A DNA stretch of 64,000 nt from an uncultured Thermoleophilia bacterium (GCA_963716435.1 OY970312.1:985576-1049575), one strand, 5' to 3'; positions 47,717-57,979 are shown, numbered from the stretch's first letter. Made by a program: numbers and translations. Notes: a model not told the origin generated them from the letters alone.

Positions 47717-48751
47717 GTGAGCTGGCAAGACCGCCTTCCCGATGGACTCTCCGACATCGAAGCGACCGAGGAGGGGTTTCAGGCGAGCCTTTCGCTTCCG
47801 GTCGACGGCGACGGCTTCTTCGGCCGCGAGTGCCGCGCCTGTGAGCAGCCGTTCAAGATGAACGCCGACGAGTGGGAGGCGCTCCCCGACGACCCACGAG
47901 TCACGTGCCCGTACTGCGGCGAGCAGCCCGAAGATGCCAACGACTTTATGACACCGGATCAGCAAGAGCGGGTCGGGGCCGCGATCAACGCGCTGGCCGA
48001 GCAATACGTGCACGGGGCGTTCACGGACACGCTCTGGCAGTCGTTCGGCTCGCGGCCACGCCGAACGGGTGGCGGCATGTTCGGCATCGAGATCAGCGTC
48101 GCTACCGGAGCGCCGCCCCCAATCAGGGTGCTGCCCGAATACGTCGAGGAGAAGGTGCGACGAACGATCACCTGCAGCAACTGCTCAACGACTTACGCTG
48201 TCTACGGGGCGAGCGCCTTCTGCCCAGTCTGCGGCCCGCGCGCAGCGCTTGCGACCGTCATCGAGGCGATCGAGGCAGCACGCACCGCCCTTGGCCTGGA
48301 GGATCTCCTCCCCGAGGACGCGCGTGAGCAGGCGCGTGCCGCAGGTGTCTTCGGCAACGTCGCCGCCGACACGATCAAGCGCGTCGTCACCCTCTTCGAG
48401 GTCTTCGCCCGGAACCAGCTCGAGGAGCGAGTATCGACTCACGTCGACCCGCTGCGGAAGGCGGGACGCGGCGTGTTCCAGCGGCTGGACGATGCTGACG
48501 ATCTCTTCGATCAGCATGCGGGACTGCGGCTCTCCGCACTGGTCAACAGCAAGACGTGGGCGCGCCTGCTCGTGACATTCCAACAGCGGCACGTGCTCGT
48601 TCACCGCCAGGGGCTGATCGACGACCAGTACCTCCAGCGCGTGCCCGCGGCTCGCCAACGAGTCGGGCAGGCTCTCGTCGTGACGCGCAAAGAGGCGGAG
48701 CAGGCGCTCGACGATCTCGAACGGCTCGTGCACGCACTCGCCTCGACGTAG
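47717..48751 (+). CDS. Double zinc-ribbon protein with a C-terminal HEPN-like domain
   Basis: CRACEQ...CPYCG and CSNCS...CPVCG ribbons. The C-terminal helical domain ends in FQQRHVLVHRQG, which matches the HEPN Rx4-6H motif (nt 48587-48604). Confidence 0.6.
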   Translation: MSWQDRLPDGLSDIEATEEGFQASLSLPVDGDGFFGRECRACEQPFKMNADEWEALPDDPRVTCPYCGEQPEDANDFMTPDQQERVGAAINALAEQYVHGAFTDTLWQSFGSRPRRTGGGMFGIEISVATGAPPPIRVLPEYVEEKVRRTITCSNCSTTYAVYGASAFCPVCGPRAALATVIEAIEAARTALGLEDLLPEDAREQARAAGVFGNVAADTIKRVVTLFEVFARNQLEERVSTHVDPLRKAGRGVFQRLDDADDLFDQHAGLRLSALVNSKTWARLLVTFQQRHVLVHRQGLIDDQYLQRVPAARQRVGQALVVTRKEAEQALDDLERLVHALAST

Positions 48752-48764
48752 CGATGCTGGCTGC

Positions 48765-49562
48765 GTGATTTGCGAAACGACATCAGGAGGCGACATCCGG
48801 CCGGAGATCGTGTCTGCGTTCGAGCCGCAGTTCGCCGCCTGCGACGCTCTGTACGAGTTCGCCCGCTCGCACCGACCCAGCCGGTCTGCGGCATCCGTGC
48901 CTGCGGACCGTCTGATCGTCGCGACGTATGCCCGCGGCTCGAAGACCTACCAGGGTGTACTGCGGCTCGCCTACGTCGGTTACGGCGCCCAGGCGTTCAT
49001 GCTCGGCCGCTCGCTGTACGAGGACATGCTTGTCGCACACTGGATCAAGCTCAATCCTGAGCAGGCGCCTCGGCAGCTCAACGACCATCGCCGCATGACC
49101 ATTGCCGCCTACCAGGGGGAGCTGAGCAGATTCGGGCTGGATGCGCCAAACGAGGAGCCGATCAACCGGGCGGAACGCGACCGGCTACGTCAGGAGTTTG
49201 GCTCTGGACCTTGGACGAAGCTGAGCATGGACAAGCTGCGGCGCGCAGTCGAGTCGGAGTTTCCGGAGCTGGAAGGCCACCGGCGGCTCCTGCTCCAGGT
49301 CGACGCACTCTTGCACCGTCACGCGAACCTCATTGTCCACCACTCGTTCTTGAGCTTGGGCGGTGCCGTGGCAAACGCGAGCGAGGATGGCATTACCTAC
49401 GACGTCGGCGTCTCGACGCGTTTCATCCCGCAGGCGCTCTTCATCGCCTTCTTCAGCTACATCCATCTGACGAGCCTGGTCGTACACGGCAGCGCGCGGG
49501 AAGAGCTCGCGCAGCTGTGGCACGAGCATCGCGACGCATTCACGGTGACACGAGCCGCCTAG
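48765..49562 (+). CDS. DUF5677/AbiV-like helical protein
   Basis: Starts 13 nt after the HEPN gene stop. All-helical, with the motif GRSLYEDMLVAHWI reminiscent of DUF5677/AbiV-family proteins. Assignment by eye. Confidence 0.45.
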   Translation: MICETTSGGDIRPEIVSAFEPQFAACDALYEFARSHRPSRSAASVPADRLIVATYARGSKTYQGVLRLAYVGYGAQAFMLGRSLYEDMLVAHWIKLNPEQAPRQLNDHRRMTIAAYQGELSRFGLDAPNEEPINRAERDRLRQEFGSGPWTKLSMDKLRRAVESEFPELEGHRRLLLQVDALLHRHANLIVHHSFLSLGGAVANASEDGITYDVGVSTRFIPQALFIAFFSYIHLTSLVVHGSAREELAQLWHEHRDAFTVTRAA

Positions 49563-49777
49563 CGTTGGGCCGCGAGGGGAGCACGGCCGCGGCAGCTCGT
49601 TCGTCGCGCGCCCGCGCTCCGAACTGCGACCTGCCGGGGCGCTGCCGTGGTCAACTTCTGGTCAAATAGCCGCGGCAAACAATCACAAAGCGCCTGGCGG
49701 CAGAAGCGGCATGGATGACGCCGCCGAAGGTCTGACCGCGGCGCCCTCGGTCGGCGTCTTGTTCGGGGACGCCGTTG

Positions 49778-49806
49778 TTGCTTTGAGCCAACAGCGAGGC
49801 TAGCCT
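49778..49806 (+). promoter_or_regulatory. Candidate promoter for the AlpA-like gene (near-leaderless)
   Basis: TTGCTT (49778-49783), a 17-nt spacer, TAGCCT (49801-49806), and the ATG at 49811. Confidence 0.3.
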
Positions 49807-49810
49807 GGCT

Positions 49811-50026
49811 ATGGTGCAGGTCGATTCGCGAACCGATCTCGTGATCGCTACCGACATTGCGAAGCGGCTCGCGATCTCGCCCCAGCGGGTTTACGTGCTC
49901 GCATCCGGATCCGGCTTCCCGAGGCCGCTTGGCATGCTCGGCCGCTCGGCCGTCTGGCGCTGGAGCAGCGTCGAGCGGTGGGCGCGCGAGACCGGCCGGC
50001 TGCCGGCCGACAACGCCGCCGTGTAG
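49811..50026 (+). CDS. AlpA/excisionase-family HTH protein
   Basis: 71 aa. IATDIAKRLAISPQRVYVLASGSGFPRPLGMLGRSAVWRWSSVERWA matches the pattern of MerR-like excisionase/AlpA DNA-binding domains. Confidence 0.7.
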   Translation: MVQVDSRTDLVIATDIAKRLAISPQRVYVLASGSGFPRPLGMLGRSAVWRWSSVERWARETGRLPADNAAV

Positions 50027-50091
50027 CACCCCATTGGACCGGTACGTGCGTCTGAAGCCCGATGACACAAGGGCACTCGCCCGCATCTGCG

Positions 50092-53000
50092 TCAATCAGT
50101 GACTTTCGTGGCCGGCGCTTCCACGCCGTGCGAGGGGAACCGCACCTCCAGAGCCGACCGGCGGCCCGTGATCCCGGCAAGCGTCACAGACGTGCTCGGC
50201 TTGAACTCGAGCGTTCGGAGCGGATTCGGAAAGATCTTCACCACCGTGTCGTAGCCTTCCTCGAGGCCGGCAACGACAGCGAGAAAGAACTTGTCCCCCT
50301 CCAAAAACGCGCGCTCGGCCTCGTTCGCCGTGAGGGTGATGTCGTCCGGTAGTGGCCCATAGGTGGCCTTGAGTTCGAAGTAGCGGCGAAGCTTGTCGAG
50401 CGCGTCTGCGCCGACGCCGCGCAGATGACGATAGTCGCGCAGCCCGGCGGAGTCGCCGTTGATTGCGAGCTGCAGCACTTGGAGGGCGAGATCCTCCCTC
50501 TCCTCATCGGAGTAGGCCAATGGCGCGGTCCGGGGTGCCGGCCTCGAGCCAGCGATCGGCTTGCCCGCTGGAACGTCGTCCCTTAGGCCGCGCCGACGGC
50601 TCTTCTTGCCCTCGGCCCCGTTGCTGCCATCAGTCACGCCTACGACTTTCTCGCTGAGATCCTCGATCTGCTTCAGCCGTCTCGCCGGGAGCAAGCGCTC
50701 CGTGGTCGCGCCAGCTCTCGTCGTCACGAGATCCCGCTCGGTCTTCGCGCGCTTCTCGACCGGCGTCGAGCTCTTTGCTTGCTCGAACAAGGACGTGAGG
50801 GCTTCTCCGTCGGCGCTGTCCTGGACGAGCGTAACCGCTCCCCTCTCCCCCTTCGCCGCCCTATCCCATGAACGGCTCCACGCAAGTGCGAGCTTGTCCC
50901 GATCCCCCTCAGTAAAGAGGGCGGCGATCACCCGGCCGCCGGCGTCGTCTTCACCGGCCGCCTCCGCGTCAGCGAAGTAGAACGTGAGCGGCGTTCGCGT
51001 CAAGTGGGCGCGGGCGGGAACGGACACTGGCGCTCGACGGTTCAGCCGAAGCTCAATCTGCAGGTGCGGATCGAGCGCGATTCGGGCGCGTGCAAGTTCC
51101 TCCCAAGGCGTCGAACACGCTTCGAAGAGCTTTGGATCGTGTCTCGTCAGCCAGTCGCGCAAGAGTTCGACGGCTGCACCGAACCGTCGCTCTAGGGTTG
51201 CGCCACCGACGAACGCTTGCTCGTGAACGACGGCGTCGAAGTCGCCCTCCGTAAGGAGCAAGGCAGCGGCGGCGCCGATCAAACGGGGCACTGCCGGCGG
51301 TGCGACGGAAAGCCTCCAAACCGCAAGGCGAGACGACAGCGCATTCCCGACGTCCTCATCCGCTATGACATAGATAGGGCGATCGGTCTGCCACCCGACG
51401 CCGGTCCGAAGGGGAAGATTCCGCAAGCGAGCCAGCTCCCGGCTCGAGGCCTCCGCAACATGCGCCTCAAGGTAGAGGTAGACGTTGACGAGGATCTGCT
51501 CGTCCTCCTCATCGGGGGTTCCTCGAGCGATCTCAGCCAGTACATCGATGCAATCGCTGACGGAGGGCGGAACGATTCGTAGGGCGCGCCAAAGCCGCTC
51601 GGCCGCGGAGCGCTCCGAGACGAACGGTCGGCGACCGCCGAAGATCGGCGCGCCGAGGAAGACTGCGGAAGGTGGCAGCCAGCGGCCGTTCGCGTAGACC
51701 AGGCCGGGCTTAGTACGGTGGGTGCCGAAGCGGGCCCGGAGTTTCCGCATCGGCAAGTCACCGACCATGTCGTCGGGCGACGGCTCCCTCTTCTTGCAGG
51801 CCGCAGCAATGGCCGCGTACCGCAGCATCAGCATCCGTTCATCAAGCGGGCCGCCGTGGTCACGCAGGGTCGCGAGCTGCTCGACCATCTCGCTCACCTG
51901 AGGGTCGGTCTCGATTCGGAGCGCTCGCACGGCCGGCGAGGGAGCGTCTCCCTCATCGAGTTCGTATGCGAAGGAACTCCGGTCGTCGCCGAGGATCGCC
52001 TCGGTCGCCGGCGTCCGTACCGCCAGGTCGCGCGGCGCCTTCTTCTTGCCGTCCTCGCTTGTGAGCCAGGGCTCGTCCATGGCCTCGGCAAGCCAGGACG
52101 CCGGGATCGTTCCTGCGCGGTGCCAACTCCCGTACGACCAGACGGCGTCCGCCTGGGTGTGCGGCGCATACAGACGGTCCCACTCCCGCTCAAGCGTCGA
52201 CAGCAGAGCGCGAGCCCGCTCGCGGCGGGCGCGCAGCCCGCGTTCGCGCTGTAGATCCTTGAGCGCCGCGTGCAGGTCGGGCGAAAGTCGGTCTCCTTTG
52301 AGATGAGTGGCGTGGCGCTCCAATCCCCGGAGCGCCTCGATCTGGGGCCGCGCGAGCAGGTGCGGCTCGATCGGGCTCGCCGGATCGCCGTAGCGCGTCT
52401 CCACGCGGCTCGGCGCGACAAGCCTTGGCGCCGCCTCGGCACCGAGGAGGCCGAAGAACGCGCGAGCCGCGAGCGGCCTCGGAGCGCCGGAACCGGCCCG
52501 CCGCCTGCCCGGTCGACGAAGGACATCTTCGTAGCGAGGATGTATCCAACCCAGCCCCGGCGCCCGACCGGCTGCCTTGCTCCACCCATCTCGACGATCC
52601 TCGATCGACGCCGGCAAGTAAGAGTCCGCGGGACGTCCCACGCGCGTAACGCGCTTCGAGCCATCCCAACCCTGGACGTCGACCGCGATCACCCGGCCGA
52701 CCGCTGACCCGAACTCCTGCTGTATGCGCTGGTCGAGCGCGGCGAATGCGTCGCGCATGAGGCGAAGCTCGTCGTCATCGATGCGAAGCGGTTCGTCTTC
52801 GTCGTCACGCGAGGCGAGCGCTCGGAGCGTGCTCTCAGGATCAGGAGCGTCCCTGAGCATTTCGTTCTGCTCGAGCCATTGCCTGACTACGACCGCATCG
52901 GTCCAGCGAGAGAGGTAGACGGGATCGATTACGTGTGCCAGCCCGATGCGGGCAGCGAGCGAGTCGTCGTGAGCCGAGCGAAGGAGCAGTTCGCCCTCGA

Positions 53001-54747
53001 CGTCGGCCATCGGCGGGACGATTCGATTGCCATTGGCCGCGACCACCGATCGCAGCGACCAGAGGGTGTTGCCGAGGTCGGCCTCGATCGCCGCGCGGGC
53101 AAGCTTGATGAACCAGCGTACGTCGCGCGGGCCAAGGTCGTCGTCTTCCCAGTCGAGGAGCCTAAGGCTCTCCTCGACGTCGACCAAGCTTGCCCCTCCG
53201 ATCTCGCCGAGGATCCTCCGCCAGCGCCCCTCGGGATCTCGCGCGGACCGCGGAAGCAGCGTCAGACCCGGTCGAAGGCCGCCGATTTCCTTCTGCGTTA
53301 GAAGTCCATCTACCGCCTCTGCCTCGTACGCGAGGGTCCGCAGCCGCCGTTCCTCTCCAGTGATGCTGATCCGGAAGCTGCGGCGTACGCGTGCTTGTAC
53401 CGACCCGACGAGTTCGGCTATGCGGTCCGCGACCCATGCATCGGCGGAGAAGGCTTGCTCCGCCCGCTGCGGGATAGCTCTCCATGCTGTCGCGGGGTTG
53501 TTTGCAAGCCGCTCGAGCGCGACAGATGCGGTCAGCTCCGCGAGGCGCTCGAACAGCCACGCATTCAGGGGCTCATGTTGAATCCCGCGCCGAGCGACGT
53601 CGATATCGAACTGCGCGTTGACGCTGAGCGGAAGCTGAGTTCCCACGCCCAACGGCAGCCCTGCGTAGATCTGGCCTGGATCGCTCTGAGCGGGCACGGC
53701 GACGGCGATCGGCGTCGTGTCCTCTCGCGCCTTGTACCGGCGGTGAAGGCTCGGCGGCATCCTCCGCTCGATCTCGTACCGCTGCCAGGAGCGACTGCTT
53801 CGTGGCGCGCGGAGTGTCGTGCGTCGACATGACTCCTTGATTCCGGGCAGAGTGAGCGTTTCGGTCGTGACCTCGGCGAGCCGGTGATTGATCAGGGCCT
53901 TCCGACGCCCGATCGAGACGAGCCGAAGAGAACGCACTGTGTCTAGAAAGACCAGTGACTCGGAGCCGAGCGAGGCGAACCAGGTCTGGAATTCGTCGGC
54001 ATCGAAACCCTCCCGCAACCGAAGTTCGAGCAGCGTCTCGGTCGAAGCCGAGTTGTAGAAAGCAGGAATCGACCGCGCACGCTGCGCGGGTCGCACGTGG
54101 TTCCCGGTGATCGCGAAGTCATAGGGCGCACAGTGAACGGTGAGGCTGTCGCCGAGGCGCCCAAGGGTCTTTAGCCCGATCCCGAAGCGGCCTTTTGCAC
54201 GGGGGTCGTCACGCTTTGTTGAGACGAAGGCGAGGGTCATCGCGATCACGTGATGCAGATGCACCCGCTCTCCGTTGTGGGCGATCAAGAGTCGGCCATG
54301 CTTCCCTGATCTCCGGATCGCGACCCGAACCTCAGACGCATGCAAGTCATCGGCGTTCTGGACGATCTCGATGAGCCCGTGGAACGACTCGACATTGAGC
54401 TGCTCCGCGCTCATCTGCGCGCCCTCCAGAACCTCGCGCAGCACCCCCGGAGCCCCGAGCTGAAGTTGCTCAAGTTCGCCGAGCGCCGCGTGAGCGAACG
54501 CCGGAGTCAGAGGGTCGTGGACTTCGCCTGCGCGAAGTCCGAGTCGCCAGAGACTCTGAGCCGCTTCACGACCTAGCTCGGCTTCCGGCCCTGTTTCTGC
54601 CCCGTGGTCCGTCGCGTCGTTCAAGGTCACCCCGATAGAAGACTCCGCCTCTAGTCTCGCACCCGCTCGATTCCGAGCAAAGGCTCCGGAACGCAGACAC
54701 AGGTTCACCCTTCGGGTGGGGAGGCAGGCCACCGGCCGCTTTCGCAT
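50092..54747 (-). CDS. Giant sacsin-like GHKL (HATPase) protein with a C-terminal DUF3883 (PD-(D/E)xK-like) domain
   Basis: Uninterrupted 4656-nt ORF. N-box LIEIVQNADD (nt about 54346-54369). G-box KGRFGIGLKT. Sacsin-repeat-like YAGLPLGVGTQLPLSVNAQFDIDVARRGIQHEPLNAW. C-terminal GVGADALDKLRRYFELKATYGPLPDDITLTANEAERAFLEGDKFFLAVV fits DUF3883. The true start may be GTG 54630. Confidence 0.8.
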   Translation of the reverse strand: MRKRPVACLPTRRVNLCLRSGAFARNRAGARLEAESSIGVTLNDATDHGAETGPEAELGREAAQSLWRLGLRAGEVHDPLTPAFAHAALGELEQLQLGAPGVLREVLEGAQMSAEQLNVESFHGLIEIVQNADDLHASEVRVAIRRSGKHGRLLIAHNGERVHLHHVIAMTLAFVSTKRDDPRAKGRFGIGLKTLGRLGDSLTVHCAPYDFAITGNHVRPAQRARSIPAFYNSASTETLLELRLREGFDADEFQTWFASLGSESLVFLDTVRSLRLVSIGRRKALINHRLAEVTTETLTLPGIKESCRRTTLRAPRSSRSWQRYEIERRMPPSLHRRYKAREDTTPIAVAVPAQSDPGQIYAGLPLGVGTQLPLSVNAQFDIDVARRGIQHEPLNAWLFERLAELTASVALERLANNPATAWRAIPQRAEQAFSADAWVADRIAELVGSVQARVRRSFRISITGEERRLRTLAYEAEAVDGLLTQKEIGGLRPGLTLLPRSARDPEGRWRRILGEIGGASLVDVEESLRLLDWEDDDLGPRDVRWFIKLARAAIEADLGNTLWSLRSVVAANGNRIVPPMADVEGELLLRSAHDDSLAARIGLAHVIDPVYLSRWTDAVVVRQWLEQNEMLRDAPDPESTLRALASRDDEDEPLRIDDDELRLMRDAFAALDQRIQQEFGSAVGRVIAVDVQGWDGSKRVTRVGRPADSYLPASIEDRRDGWSKAAGRAPGLGWIHPRYEDVLRRPGRRRAGSGAPRPLAARAFFGLLGAEAAPRLVAPSRVETRYGDPASPIEPHLLARPQIEALRGLERHATHLKGDRLSPDLHAALKDLQRERGLRARRERARALLSTLEREWDRLYAPHTQADAVWSYGSWHRAGTIPASWLAEAMDEPWLTSEDGKKKAPRDLAVRTPATEAILGDDRSSFAYELDEGDAPSPAVRALRIETDPQVSEMVEQLATLRDHGGPLDERMLMLRYAAIAAACKKREPSPDDMVGDLPMRKLRARFGTHRTKPGLVYANGRWLPPSAVFLGAPIFGGRRPFVSERSAAERLWRALRIVPPSVSDCIDVLAEIARGTPDEEDEQILVNVYLYLEAHVAEASSRELARLRNLPLRTGVGWQTDRPIYVIADEDVGNALSSRLAVWRLSVAPPAVPRLIGAAAALLLTEGDFDAVVHEQAFVGGATLERRFGAAVELLRDWLTRHDPKLFEACSTPWEELARARIALDPHLQIELRLNRRAPVSVPARAHLTRTPLTFYFADAEAAGEDDAGGRVIAALFTEGDRDKLALAWSRSWDRAAKGERGAVTLVQDSADGEALTSLFEQAKSSTPVEKRAKTERDLVTTRAGATTERLLPARRLKQIEDLSEKVVGVTDGSNGAEGKKSRRRGLRDDVPAGKPIAGSRPAPRTAPLAYSDEEREDLALQVLQLAINGDSAGLRDYRHLRGVGADALDKLRRYFELKATYGPLPDDITLTANEAERAFLEGDKFFLAVVAGLEEGYDTVVKIFPNPLRTLEFKPSTSVTLAGITGRRSALEVRFPSHGVEAPATKVTD

Positions 54748-54786
54748 CTCGTGGGGGTTGGCTCAAACCAACAGCAAGGAGGAGGC

Positions 54787-55053
54787 ATGGAGTACCGGAT
54801 CGACCGCGAGGCGCTTGCCGAGTTCATCGCTGGGCAGGTCGAGCTCGTCGAGGCGACCTCGATCCCGCATCTGCTCGCCGACGTGGTCGAGCTTCGCCTG
54901 CGGCACGAGAGCGTCAGCCGCGACGAGGTGCGGGCGCTCTGGCTCGGCGCGGGTCTCGCGACCCATGTCGGGCTCGCGATCTTCGAGGAGCCCGAGCGCT
55001 TCGTCACCACCGCCGACCCTTCGCCCGCTCCACCGGCGGCGATCGCCGCCTGA
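54787..55053 (+). CDS. Small hypothetical protein (first gene of the transfer module)
   Basis: 88 aa. Strong RBS AAGGAGGAGG directly upstream of ATG 54787. No family recognised. Confidence 0.55.
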   Translation: MEYRIDREALAEFIAGQVELVEATSIPHLLADVVELRLRHESVSRDEVRALWLGAGLATHVGLAIFEEPERFVTTADPSPAPPAAIAA

Positions 55054-55072
55054 CCGAGAGGAGAGACCAACC

Positions 55073-56125
55073 ATGCAGACCATCGAACAGCCCGTCCACC
55101 GGATCGAGGACGCGACCGCGCCGCTCTGGTTCGGCTCGCGGCCCGGCCGGATGGGGCGACGTCGTGCGCGCCGTCGAGCCCGGACGCAGGCGCACAGCGC
55201 GGCGGCGATGATCGACGCCGCCGGGCTGGACTGGACGGTCGAGCAGCACCCGCTCGAGGCCGTCGTCGAGCGCGAGTACCAGTCGCTCCGCGTGCCGGTG
55301 CCGCGCGCACGTCGCGAACGTCCGCAGCGACACGCGCGCCGTGCTCGGCGTCGTCGGCGAGGGCTACGAGCCGCTGCAGAACCGCGCCGCGTTCGCCTTC
55401 TGCGACGCGATCACCGACTCGGGGCGAGGCGCACTGGCTCGGCGCGGGCGCGACGCGCGGCGGCGCGCGCGTGCACGCGCTGATGCGGCTCGACCGCGAG
55501 ATCCGGATCGGCGGACGCGGAGGGGGAGGACGTGCTCCCGCTGCTCTGCTTCCGCAACGGCCACGACGGCGGCCTCGCCGTCACGGTCTCGCGTCGCGCC
55601 GTTCCGGCTCGCGTGCCTGAACGGGATGCTGCTCCCGCTCGACGGAGCGCGCAGCGCACCTGGAAGGCGCGCCACACGGCGAACGTGGAGGCGAAGCTCG
55701 CCGACGCGCGCCGCACGCTCGGGATCGCCTGGCGCTACTACGACGAGTTGGAGGAGGTCGGCGGGCGGCTGATCCGCGAGCGCGATGGGCGCGGCCGAGT
55801 TCGAGCGCTTCCTCGCCCGGCTCGTGCCGCTGCCCGAGCCGCGGCCCGATCGCGACGAACGGCGGGCGCGCCGTGCGCAACGTCGAGCGCGTGCGCGAGG
55901 CGATCCGCACCGCCTACCGGGCGACGCCCGACCTCGACGAACATCCGCGGCACCCGCTGGGGCGCGCTGCAGGCCGTCACGGCCTACGTCGACCACGTCG
56001 CAGCCGACCCGCGCGACCGCCGGCCGCACGCACGCCGGAGGCGCGCTTCGAGCGCGCGACCGAGCCGCAGCCGCTCAAGGACCGCGCGCTCGCAGCTACT
56101 GACCGAAGGAGGGACGCAGCCATGA
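55073..56125 (+). pseudogene. DUF932-family (phage/plasmid-like) protein, at least 5 frameshifts
   Basis: Pieces lie in different frames: AAMIDAAGLDWTVEQHPLEAV, VLGVVGEGYEPLQNRAAFAFCDAITDSG, DVLPLLCFRNGHDGGLAVTVS, APFRLACLNGML and RGTRWGALQAVTAYVDHV. Confidence 0.75.
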
Positions 56126-57953
56126 CCGCCACGCTGAGCATGGTTCCGCTGGCGAAGATCCGCCCGAGCGAGGACAACCCGCGCAGCGAGTTCGACGACG
56201 AGCAGATGGCCGAGCTGGTCGAGTCGGTGAAGCGGCACGGGATCATCACGCCGCTGACGCTCGCGCCGCGACGGCGAGGGCGGCTTCGCGATCATCGCCG
56301 GCGAGCGCCGCTACCGCGCGGCGAAGGCCGCGAAGCTCCGCGAGGTGCCCGCCCAGGTGCGCGAGGCCGACGGCGACGCGCTCACGCTCGCGGTCGCCGA
56401 GAACGTGATCCGCGCCGACCTCAGCCCGGTCGAGGAGGCGCGCGCGTACCGGCGGCTCGTCGACGAGCACGGCGACGCGGCGAAGGTGGCGAGGCTCGTC
56501 GGCAAGAGCGAGCGGCTGATCGCGCGAGCGGCTCGACCTCCTGCGCCTCCCCGACGAGGCGCAGGAGCTGCTCGCCGGCGCGCAGGGTGCCGCTCGCCTG
56601 CGCGCCGGCGCTCGTCCAGATCGCGGAGCGCGAGCCGCTGCTCGCCGACCTCGACGGCGGCATGGCTCGCGGAGCGCCCGCACGACGCCGCGCGCTTCCC
56701 GGCCGACCCGGGCGAGGTCGTCGGACGACGTGCTCGCGCGCCGAGTGGCACGACGACGAGGGCGAGCCGCTGCACCCGGTCGCCTACAGCGTCGGCGGCT
56801 ACTACGGGCCGATCCTCCCGCGCGGCCGCGCACGCGAGGACGCAGCTCGCCGGCCGTGCTCGCGAAGCTCGGCGCGCACGCGGAGGCGGTCGCGGCCGCG
56901 CTCGCGGCGCTGCCCGAGATCGCGCACGCGTCCGAGTACGACTGGCAGGCGCGGCGAGGCCGAGGAGGAGCGCGCAGCGCGACTGCTTCGCGCTCGACGA
57001 CGACGACGCCGACGCCGCGCGCGCGTTCGGCTGCCTGCTCGAACTGCCCGGCCGCGAACGGACGCGGCGATCACCGCTACGTCACCGATCCCGAGTGGCT
57101 CGCGGATCGGCTCGTGCAGAAGATCGCCGCCCACGCGAGCGGCGAGGCCGAGCGCGAGCACGCCGGGAGCGCGAGCGAACGCGCTGCCGAGCCGCCGCGG
57201 ACGACGCCGAGAAGGAGGCCCGCCGCCAGGAGCGCGAGCGCCACTACGAGGAGCGCGTCTCCGCCCGGGCGCGCAACCTCGACCTCGGCGCGGCGCTCGC
57301 GCGGTGGCAGCCGAAGCTCGACACCGACGCGGTGAAGCTGCTCGGCTCGCTCGTCCTGACTCCACTACGGGAAGGCGGCGGCGTGGGCGCACCGGCTCTG
57401 CGTCGAGCAGCCGACGACGACGAACAAGCAGGGCAAGGTGACCGTCCGCTACCCGCGCGGCGCGCAGGCCGAGAAGCAGCAGCACGAGGCAGGCGCTCGC
57501 CGCGCTCAAGCGCGCCCGGACGCCCGAGGCCGCGCTCGCGGTCGTCCTGCGCCTGCTCGTCGCGCAGCGGCTCGCCGACACGGCCGGGCTGCCGAACGCC
57601 GACCGGCAAGGCATCTACGAGCCGCAGGAGCTGGCCGACTCGCCGCGTGCTCGACAAGCTCGCCCGCGCGTCGCGCCGCCCTCGGTCAAGCAGCACCTCG
57701 CCGAGCAGGAGGCCGAGCGCGAGCGGCGCGAGCAGGCCTGCCGAGCGAGCAGGCCGCGCGGCTCAGCGAGCAGCGCGCGAAGCTCGCCGCAGGCGAGCCG
57801 TCCGCTGCGAGTGCTGCCTCGCCCGATCGAGAGCCGAGCAAGCCGCCGAGAAGCACGGCGCGCTCGTCCACGCCGGCGACTGCGAGCGCAGTGGGGCAGC
57901 GCCTCGACGACGACGAGCGAGACCGCATGATGCACCGTCCGCCCGACTACTAA
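56122..57953 (+). pseudogene. ParB/Srx-like nuclease-domain protein, at least 4 frameshifts
   Basis: ATG overlaps the DUF932 stop (ATGA). LSMVPLAKIRPSEDNPRSEFDDEQMAELVESVKRHGIITPL, then in another frame FAIIAGERRYRAAKAAKLREVPAQVRE ... ENVIRADLSPVEEARAY. Later pieces lie in further frames. Confidence 0.75.
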
Positions 57954-57979
57954 CCTCGATAGCAGGCGAGACACAGATG

